Positions 10,570-20,306 of a stretch of 56,988 bases of DNA are shown in pieces. Below the pieces are notes generated by a model that had not been told where the DNA came from, did not search any database, and saw nothing but the letters and a program-made list of their open reading frames with translations. This stretch comes from Squalus acanthias (taxonomy: Eukaryota). The DNA lies in the NCBI GenBank assembly GCA_030390025.1, contig JASTWF010000322.1:496001-552988 (forward strand), read 5' to 3'. The stretch's first letter is position 1, and each line of letters opens with the position of its first letter. Both the position numbers and the translations under genes were made by a program.

Positions 10570-12220
10570 ACATACGAACATACAAATTAGGAGCAGGAGT
10601 CGGCCACTCGGCCCCTCGAGCCTGCTCCGCCATTCAATAAGATCATGGGCCCATCCGATTACTCCACATTCCCACCCACCCCCGATAACCTTTCACCCCC
10701 TTGCTCACCAAGAATCTATCTACCTCTGCCTTCAAAATATTCAAAGACTCTGCTTCCACCGCCCTCTGAGGAAGAGAGTTCCAAAGACTCGCGACCCTCT
10801 GTGAGAAAAAAATTCACCTCATCTCTGTCTTAAATGGGCGACCCCTTGGGGGAAAAATTCGGTTGGTTTGCGCCTCCTGTTAGCGCCTTAAGAGGGCGCT
10901 AATGGGGCGCAAAGCAACTAGCGCCCGGGCGCGGCGATGTTTGCACCGCTCGCGAAATTAACTAGACATTTTGCGGCGGCGCTAAACACTACCGCCACGA
11001 TCTCCTGCGCCGGCAGATCGTGACGTCAGTCGAGTGCGCAACGCCCCGGTAACGCCCCGGAGCGGATATTGAGTGGCGCCCCCTGCCTTACCGCCTGCCG
11101 CTAGCAACGACAGGTTGAGGGGAGCATTTTGCAGTCGGGAAGGGACTGGGGGAGCGCTATTTAAAGGCGACCGCTTCCTGCCTTTTATTGTTGGTGACAA
11201 TTTTGAACCACGCATTCTGAGAGAGAGAGAGACTTCTTGAGAGATTCAACGCTGTGTGAAGGAGTTTTGGGTACTGAGCAGCACTTTGCAGGTTCATTTT
11301 GATTTGCCCTTCCTTGTATCGATTTAGAAGAGACTGTGGGGGCTGCACTCTGAGCACTTTCCCTGGACCTCTCCATTGTTCTTTCCAGCAGATTTGAAGT
11401 GCAGGTCTCTCCAGGCCGAGATTCAAGGCTGCAATGAGCAGGATGTGGATGGCGAGCAAGATCAACCCTCCCCTTTAAAAACTGGCCGGGGCCATTGTGT
11501 GTGTGTTCCATTGCTGACTGACATCACATGAGCTTCGCCAGCGCTCTGAGGTAGCGCCTCGCTCCTCGGCCTTTGCGCCTTAAGACAGGTGTGAAGCGCC
11601 TGATTTAGCGCTCCAATCACCTCCAGGGGCGATAGAAGTCAAGTTTGCAGTCGGAGGCGATAATTAGCGCCAGGCGCAAATCTTTGCGCCCGGCCGATAA
11701 TGTCGCCCCAAACGGGGCGATACTGAATTTCTCCTCCCTTAAACATTGACCCCCCCCGCTAGTTCTAGATTCTCCCACAAGAGGAAACATCCTCTCCACA
11801 CCCACCCTGTCCAGACCCCTCAGGATCTTATATGTTTCAATCAAGTCACCTCTTACTCTTCTAAACTCCAGCAGATACAAGCCCAGCCTGTCCAACCTTT
11901 CCTCATAAGACAACCCGCCCATTCCAGGTATTAGTCCGGTAAACCTTCTCTGAACTGCTTCCAACGCATTTACATCCTTCCTTAGATAAGGAGACCTAAT
12001 ACTGTACACAGTACTCCAGATGTGGTCTCACCAGTGCCCTGTATAACTGAAGCATAACCTCCCTACTTTTGTATTCAATTCCCCTCGCAATAAACGATTA
12101 CATTCTATTAGCTTTCCTAATTACTTGCTGTACCTGCGTAGTAACCTTTTGCGATTCATGCACTAGGACACCCAGATCTCTCTGCATCTCAGAGCTCTGC
12201 AATCTCTCGCCATTTAGATA
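10570..12220 (-). mobile_element. CR1 LINE 3' fragment interrupted by a Harbinger MITE
   Basis: SPYLRKDVNALEAVQRRFTGLIPGMGGLSYEERL; the CR1 sequence continues on both sides of 10848-11737. Confidence 0.85.
10848..11737 (-). mobile_element. Non-autonomous PIF/Harbinger element (MITE-like, 890 bp)
   Basis: TIRs GGGGGAAAAATTC / GAATTTCTCCTCC; flanking 3-bp CTT duplication (10845-47, 11738-40); both ends homologous to the ends of the 16078-33027 element; keeps the first Myb-gene codons (MERSRESAQ vs MERARERAE). Confidence 0.85.
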
Positions 12221-12859
12221 TGTCAATGATTTTGAATCTTTGACCCCTGGTTGTTGACCCACTCGACAGAGGGAGTTGTTTTTCGCTCTCTAACCTCTCG
12301 AAACCTCTCATTATCTTGGAAACCTCTCTTGGGTCTCGTCTTCACCTTCTCTGTTCCAGGGAGAACAGCCCTAACTTCTCCAAGCTCTCCTCAAAACTGA
12401 AGACCCCTCCTCCCTGGTAACATCCTGGTAGACCTCCACTGCGACCCTCTCCAAGGCCTTGACATCTTTTCCTGAAGTGCAGTGCCCAGAATTGTCCACA
12501 ATACTCCAACTGAGGTACCCCCATGCACCTGCTGTCCTGGGAAGGACCAGTTGAATGCAGTTGGATTTCTCCTCATTTCTGTCTTAAATGGGTGACCCCT
12601 CCCTCCCTCACTCACTCACTCCCTCCACCACCGGCGCACCGTGGCTGCAGTGTGTACCATCTACAAGATGCACTGCAGCAACTCGCCAAGGCTTCTTCGG
12701 CAGCACCTCCCAAAACCGCGACCTCTTCCACCTAGAAGGACAAGGGCAGCAGGCGCATGGGAACACCACCACCTCCAAGTTCCACCTCCAAGTCACACAC
12801 CATCCTGACTTGGAAATATATCGGCCGATCCTTCATCGTCGCTGGGTCCAAATCCAGTT

Positions 12860-14017
12860 GGATTACCAAGTACAGCAGGTACCTCAAAGCACTGGAGAGG
12901 TACCACCAACGCTGCCTCCGCAAGATCCTGCAAATCCATTAGCAGGATAGGCGCACCAACGTCAGTGTTCTCGCCCAGCATCGAAGCTTTGACCATGCTC
13001 GATCAGCTCCGATGGATGGGCCACATCGTCCGCATGCCCGATACGAGACTCCCAAAACAAGCGCTCTACTCGGAGCTCCGACACGGCAAGAGAGCCCCAG
13101 GTGGGCAGAGGAAACGCTTCAAGGACACCCTCAAAGCCTCCTTGAAAAAGTGCAACATCCCCACCGACACCTGGGAATCCCTGGCCCAAGACCAGAGCAC
13201 AAAGTGGAGGAGAAGCATCCGGGAAGGCGCCGAACACCTCGAGTCTCTTCGCCGGGAGCAAGCGGAAGCCAAGCGCGAACAGCGCAAGGAGCGCACGTCA
13301 ACCCAAGCACCCCACCCACCCGCCCCTTCAACCACCGTCTGCCCCACCTGTGACAGAGACTGTCGGTCCCGCAGTGGACTCATCAGTCACCTGAGAACTC
13401 ATTTTTAGTGTGGAAGCAAGTCATCCTCGGCTCCGAGGGACTGCCTAAGAAGAAGAAGAGCGGCCATGGTTAGGAACCTAAAATAAATGGGGATGTTGCA
13501 CTTTTTCAAGGAGGCTTTGAGGGTGTCCTTGAAGAGTTTCCTCTGCCCACCTGGGGCTCTCTTGCCATGACAGAGCTTCGAGGAGCGCGCTTGTTTTGGG
13601 AGTCTCGTATCGGGCATGCGGACGATGTGGCCCGTCCATCGGAGCTGATCGAGCGTGGTCAAAGTTTCGATGCTGGGGATGTTGGCTTGAGCGAGAACAC
13701 TGACGTTGGTGCGCCTATCCTGCCAATGGATGTGCAGGATCTTGCGGAGGCAGCGTTGGTGGTACCTCTCCAGTGCTTTGAGGTGCCTGCTGTACATGGT
13801 CCATGTCTCTGAGGCAGACAGGAGGGCGGGTATCACTACTGCTCTGTAGACCATGAGCTTGGTGCCGGGTTTTGAGGTCCTGGTCTTCGAACACTCTCTT
13901 CCTCAGGCGACCGAAGGCTGCACTGGCACACTGAAGGCGGTGTTGGACTTCGTCATCGACGTCTGCCCTTGTTGACAGTAGGCTCCCGAGGTATGGAAAG
14001 TGGTCCACGTTGTCCAC
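12860..14017. mobile_element. RTE-clade LINE fragments in inverted arrangement (12860-13459 plus with (AAG)n tail; ~13488-14017 minus)
   Basis: QLRWMGHIVRMPDTRLPKQALYSEL...GGQRKRFKDTLK, C-terminal CPTC...H...H finger, tail gcctaagaagaagaag; minus copy has VDHFPYLGSLLS. Confidence 0.88.
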
Positions 14018-14189
14018 GATGTATCTTAATAATGAACTGAGGGGTCAAATGGTCTTCCTCATCCGTAACTATCTGGAGCTCCATTGATGAGCCTGGGCCT
14101 CACGATGGGGTGGGGGGGCGGGGGGATAATTATCCATTTATTTTATTCAGAGACTAGCAGCTGGTCTCATTACCTAAGAAGAAAAGAAC

Positions 14190-16077
14190 GTCAGAAATAG
14201 GAGCAGGAGTGGACCATTCGGCCCCTCGAGCCTGCTCCGCCATTCAATGAGATCATGGCTGATCTTCTACCTCAACTCCACTTTGCTGCACTATCCCCAT
14301 ATCCCTCGATTTCCCTAGAGTCCAAAAATCTATCGATCTCTCAACGACTGAGCCTCCACAGCACTCTGGGGCAGAGAATTCCCAAGATTCACCACCCTCT
14401 GAGTGAAGAAATTCCTCCTCATCTCAGTCCTAAATGGCTGACCCCTTATCCTGAGACTGTGTCCCCTGGTTCTAGACTCTCCAGCCAGGGGGAAACAGCC
14501 TCTCAGCATCTACCCTGTCAAGCCCTGTAAGAATTTTGTATCTTTCAATGAGATCACCTCTCATTCTTCTAAACTCCAGAGAGTATAGGCCTAGTCTACA
14601 TAGAAACATAGAAGATAGGAGCAGGAGTAGGCCATTCAGCCCCTCGAGCCTGCTCCGCCATTCGATGAGATCATGGCTGATCATCCAAATTCAGTACCCT
14701 GTCCCTGCTTTCTCCCCATATCCCTTGATCCCTTTAGCTTTAAGAAATATATCCAACTCCTTCTTGAATATATTTAATGAATTGGCCTCAACTGCCTTCT
14801 GTGGTAGAGAATTCCACAGGTTCACCACTCTCTGGGTGAAGAAATTCCTCCTCATTTCTGTCCTAAATGGCTTACCCCTTATCCTTAGACTGTGACCCCT
14901 GGTTCTGGACTCCCCGACCATCGGGAACATCCTTCCTGCATCTAGTTTGTCCAGACTTGTCAGAATTTTATAAGTTTCAATGAGATCCCCTCTCATTCTT
15001 CTAAACTCCAGCGAATATAAGCCCAATCGACCCAATCTCTCTTCATACGTCATTCCTGCCATCCCAGGTATCAGCCTTGTGAATCTTCGCTGAAGTCCTT
15101 CCATGGCAAGAACATCCTTCCTCAGATAAGGCGACCAAAACTGCACACAATACTCAAGGTGTGGTCTCACCAAGGCCTTGTACAACTGCAGCAAGACATC
15201 CTTGCTCCTGTACTCGAATCCTCTCGCTATGAAGGCCAACATACCATTTGCCTTCTTAACCGCCTGCTGCACCTGCATGCTTACCTTCAGCGACTGGTGC
15301 ACAAGGACACCCAGGTCTCGTTGCACTTCCCCTTCTCCCAATCTATTGCCTTTCAGATAATAATCTGTCTTCCTGTTTTTAAAGGCCAACATACCATTTG
15401 CTTTCCTAATTGCTTGTTGTACCCGCATGTTAACTTAAGAGGAGAATTGAAGTGACAGGCGACCGCAAGCTTGGGGTCACGCCGAAGGATAGACTTGCCT
15501 TGGAGGCAGTGCAACGAAGGTTCACTAGATTGATTCCTGGGATGTGAGGGTTGTCCTATGAGGAGAGATTGAGTAGAATGGGCCTATACTCTCTGGAGTT
15601 TAGAAGAATGAGAGGTGATCTCATTGAAACGTATAAGATTCTGAGGGGGATTGACAGGATTGATGCTGAGAGGCTGTTTCCCCTGGCTGGGGAGTCTAGA
15701 ACCAGGGGTCACAGTCTCAGGATAAGGGGCCGGCCATTTAGGACTGAGATGAGGAGGAATTTCTTCACTCAGAGAACATAACATACATAAAGACGTAGGA
15801 GCAGCAGTAGGTCATTGGGTCCCTTGAGCCTGCAATAAGGTCATGTAATGTAGCCAAGTTTGCGGATGATACAAAGATGGGTGGGAAAGCAAGTTGTGCA
15901 GAGGACTCAAAGAACCTGCAAAGGGATATCGACAGGCTAAGTGAGTGGGCGAACATTTGGCAGATGGAGTATAATGTGGGAAAGTGCGAAGTTATACACT
16001 TTGGCAGGAAAAACGAAAAAGCAAACTATTATTTAAATGGAGAGAGATTACAAAATGCTACAGTTCAGAGGGACCTG
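14190..16077. mobile_element. Cluster of nested CR1 fragments (14190-15430 minus; 15485-16077 plus)
   Basis: ORFs 14691-15428(-), 15551-15781(+) and 15877-16152(+) carry CR1 ORF2 motifs, including AKFADDTK (RT) at ~15852. Confidence 0.88.
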
Positions 16078-16438
16078 GGGGGGAAAAATTCAGTCGCGCC
16101 CCGTTTGGGGCGCAAATATCGTCCGGGCGCAAAAATTAGCGCCTGGCGCTAATTATCGCCACTGACTGGAAACTTCACTTTTAACGCCCCGGGAGGTGAT
16201 TGGAGCGCTAAATCAGGCGCTGCACACCTGTCTTAAGGCGCAAAGGCCGAGGAGTGAGGCGCTAACTCAGAGCGCGAGCGCAGCGCAGGTGCTGCCAGTT
16301 AGCGAGGGAACACAGACACACTGGCGCCGGCCAGTTCTTAAAGGGGGAGGGGGCGATCTTGCTCCCCAGCCACACCCTGCTCATTGCAGCCTTGAATCTC
16401 GGCCTGGAGAGACCTGAGATTCCATTTTCCAGCCAAGG

Positions 16439-18444
16439 ATGGAGAGGGCGAGAGAACGAGCTGAGCGCTTCACCGAGCGGGCCTTGGATGCTCTGGTTGG
16501 CGCGGTGGAGCGCCGAAGAGCAATACTGTACCCAGAGAGTGGCAGGAGGCCTTTGCCGCGCGACTACAGAAGAGTGTGGAGGGAGGTGGCTCAGCGCGTC
16601 TCCTCCAGGAGCATGGTGCCCAGGACCCATGTCCAATGCCGGAAAAAGTTCAACGACCTCACTCGGGTCGTCAGGGTGAGTGGCTTTTTTGCAATACCTC
16701 TCCATCCCTCCATCTCAACCTCACTCTATGGCCAGAGGGTCTTAAAACCACAATTAACAACACTCATCCAACACCTATGGCCCTTTCATGAAGCACACAC
16801 ACACATTCCATACTTTGCATACAGTAAGGGCTATTCACCTATGGGAGGCACATCAGGTAAGACCATGGCTGCATACAGTAAGGGCTATTCACCTATGGGA
16901 GGCACATCAGGCAAGACCATGGCTGCATACAGTAAGGGCTATTCACCTATGGGAGGCACATCAGGCAAGACCATGGCTGTATACAGTAAGGGCTATTCAC
17001 CTATGGGAGGCACATCAGGCAAGACCATGGCTGTATACAGTAAGGGCTATTCACCTATGGGAGGCACATCAGGCAAGACCATGGCTGTATACAGTAAGGG
17101 CTATTCACCTATGGGAGGCACATCAGGCAAGACCATGGCTGTATATTTACTCAGACGCCGTCCTTTTTCTTGCAGGCCAAGCTGGCGCATAATAGGAGAC
17201 AGCAGCAACGGACGGGTGGAGGGTGGCCTCAGCTGCAACCCCTCAGCGATCTGGAGGTGCGCGTCCACAGGATTGTGGCAAGCCGGGTGATCGGTCTCGT
17301 CGCCACTGGAGACGCCGACCCCGTTCTGGACAGCAATGGTAAGGTCATCACCTTTTTGTCCTCTGTCCTTCCACTTGTCCCTCACAACACCAGCCTTTGA
17401 CACTTTCAATCCAACTTGCTAACTCGCTGCACTTATTCCTCCCTTACTGCCAGCCTGTCCTCACGCTAAAGCCACTCTTGTACCTCCCTGCTTTCAGATG
17501 GTGATTCACCAGCTGAGGAGACGGGCCCTGAAGCTGCCAGTGGGAGTGAAGCTGCAGCCGAGGAGGAAGAGGAAGCCGGAGCATCAGTGCCACCCTCTCC
17601 CGAGGAAGCCCATGCCCACACTGGGAACACGCCTTCCCTGGAGGGGAGCAGGGGGGAAGGGTCTGATGAGGGTGAAGCTCCAGGACCCAGCGGGCTGCAG
17701 CAACGCCATGGAGGTAGGGAAGCTCGGGGGCCTTCTCCCCGGAGGGAGAGTATGCCAGACACTCCTACTGCACTGGACGCAGAGGAGGAGCGGCTGATCG
17801 CGGAAATGAACACCCAGGCGGTGGGCATGCACACTGAGCTCATGGCTGCAGTGGGTAGGGTGCCCGAATGCATTGAAGCACTGGCAAGGAGTGTGGAGCA
17901 CTTCGCTGCAGCGCACGCGGATGCGACACTGAAGCTCAGTGCTGCAATTCAATCTCAGACTGCTCTCATGCAGACTCAGATTGAGGCCACGCGAGCACTG
18001 TCTGCTGCCATCCTCGCTGGTTCATTCACATTTCCCCGGGGCTCTCACCGCGCCGCAGCAGGCCAGCAATCTGTGCTCCAGCGGATTGCTCCGGATGCTG
18101 AGGTGCTGCCCCGTGGGAGTGCCAGTGTGCCGGTCGAGCAGGGAGTTGCTGTCCTCGCTCAAGATGACAGCATTCCTGCTGCCACCACTGTCACTTCTCC
18201 ACTGCAGTTGCCACCGCCTGTAGGACAGACTGCTGCCGCCCATGCAGAGTTGGTGCAGTCTGCAGCCGGGCCCTCCAGGCCCAGAACTGGTCGAGGCCGT
18301 CCCTCAAGGGCATCTGCATTGTCAGGGCCTGACAGTCAGCAGCCTTCCACCAACCTTGCTGCAGCCACTGAGGTCCCATTGCGGAGGAGCAGTAGGGTAA
18401 GAAGGGGGGAAGGGCGCACGGGAAGGAGTTCACCCTCGAGGTAG
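16439..18444 (+). CDS. Harbinger Myb/SANT-like DNA-binding protein, 3 exons (16439-16675, 17176-17338, 17498-18444; 448 aa)
   Basis: Exon 1 RFTERALDALVGAV...WREVAQRV...RTHVQCRKKFNDL is a trihelix/Myb-SANT domain. Donors GTGAGT (16676) and GTAAGG (17339); acceptors ttttcttgcag (17175) and ctgctttcag (17497). Phases 0 and 1 keep the frame. Exon 2 has the RTGGG motif. AATAAA at ~18622. Confidence 0.85.
16817..17144. repeat. 54-bp tandem repeat (~6 units) in intron 1 of the Harbinger Myb gene
   Basis: Unit (g/t)atacagtaagggctattcacctatgggaggcacatcaggcaagaccatggct. Confidence 0.92.
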
Positions 18445-18669
18445 GAGGTGTGACAAAATGCTGGTCATTTTTTTATTAAAGGCCGAGGTTCGTGGTCAAA
18501 CTTTTGTTGAGTGTTTTGCACATGATCTCCAGGTTGTGAGAACCAGTTATGGTAATGACTGTTTTTTTGTGTTTATTTGTATGAGTTTGTCATGAAGAAA
18601 TGACACACACAGAGTTTGTAAAATAAATAAGTTTTGGTACTCAAAATATACATGTTTGGTGTTTGGAAT

Positions 18670-20302
18670 TGTAGAATTCGCAATTATCGCGATTTCATTT
18701 TAATAAGGAGAAAACACAAAGTTTCGTTCAAAACAGCTTTTATTTCAGCGGAATGCTGTCAGGTTTAAATTGGACACAAGCAGCCTGTAAAATGGCCGCC
18801 GCACCTCGTGACAGAACATTCTAGACTTTTCAACAGGCAGACAAGATGGCGTTCCAATAAACATTTTTGCAGGATCGATAACGATTCAGCACAGTGAAGA
18901 CAATACACAGGACATTATGGGTTTACAGTATAAACATCGATACTGGAATCGGTCTCCCAGGTACAAAGGAAAGCCATCAAGGGCCCATCCAAAGGACATT
19001 AGTATGTAAACTCCCAACGGCTCTACGATGAGAGAGCCGTTAGCAGGTAGTTATACAGGACACTTGGAAGCCCCAAACCCCTCCAGGGGGAACACCGACC
19101 GATTTAACAATGGGAGAAATATTAACAGGTACTCAAACATTCAGGAGTAGCCCCGAAACCCATTAAGGACAGAGATCACCCATACAGGACATTTTGGGCG
19201 CCAAACCGTTAAACAAAAGAATGGACATTGTAGTTGGGCGGGAAACGGAAGAACTGTGCACTATAATTGCAGGCCCAAACCGTCCATTCGCTCTCTTGCT
19301 CTTGGCTCTTGCCTCGTGTTCTTGACTCTTGCCGCTTGTTGCTGTTATCATCGTGGCTGCTCCTGTGTTTTATCCGGTCGATTCGTAACCTCGTGGCTGC
19401 TCCTGTGTAAAAGACTGTTGCAAAGACCTATGTTGGTAGCGGGCAGCGGAACCAAAGGCCCGAGATGAGATGAGATGAGATGAGAGGAGAAGAGAAGAAG
19501 ACCTTATCCATCGCCACGGTCAGTAAATCCCGACCGCGCCTGTAGGTCGATCAGCCAAGTCTTCTCGACAGGAAGTTTTCTTCGTTAAACTTTTAACAAG
19601 ACATATTGCATCAATGATAACTGGACTGTGCAAACACATCGTATCAGCGATATTGACAACGGTGCTCCACCATACCCTGTATCCAACCAACAGAGGTCTT
19701 CACTACAGCGGACGGTCCAGCCGACTGACCGAGCAGCAGAAGCAGTAAACAAGTGGGACCAGGAGATCTCCTGACCAACACGTGGGTGCTGCGGTGAAAA
19801 ACATCCGATCAGCTATTCGGGATTTCTCCGAGTTATTACGAGTGGTGAGCATGAGTCTCGGGATCCTACGAAGCTAGTTTAGGACAGACATTGATAGGGG
19901 AGGGTTTAAAGTTTAAGGATATTTGTAATGTGTGCCCTATTTACGTTGTGCTGGTCGTTCCTCGTTTCCCTAAGAGTGATTATAACTGTTTGTAAGATTG
20001 TACTGTCATTAATCTGTGCATATGACATGTATTTCATAATTTTAAGTATCATGCAATAAAGATTTTCCATTTCGTACCGTTCAAACCAAGTCTACATGAG
20101 TTTTATCTCCATTACTGCTCTCGCATCTAAGTCCAGTGTCTAGAACCGTAAGGGAGAGTGATTCGAACCACTCACAGGGGTGTCTAGTGTTCCCAGACTG
20201 GCTGGAGACCAGGCCTAGACCCGCACTGACATACAGGCTGCACAGAGCCGCGTGAATCTCACAGGCTACGAGACACGCAGGGTCAGGAGAGTATCCCTTA
20301 CA
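18670..20302 (+). repeat. 5' LTR (1633 bp)
   Basis: TGTAGAATTCG...CCCTTACA; near-identical to 29643-31275; TATAAT 19262, AATAAA 20055, (GATGA)n ~19464. Confidence 0.96.
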
Positions 20303-20306
20303 GAAA

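Noticed and set aside
16439..17290. 283-aa ORF with AYSKGYSPMGGTSGKTM repeats as a repeat-domain protein
   Set aside because: The repeat lies between strong donor and acceptor sites; it is read-through into intron 1 (54 bp is divisible by 3).
19163..19468. Short ORFs within the LTR as accessory genes
   Set aside because: Non-ATG starts, and not preserved in the copy-2 LTR.
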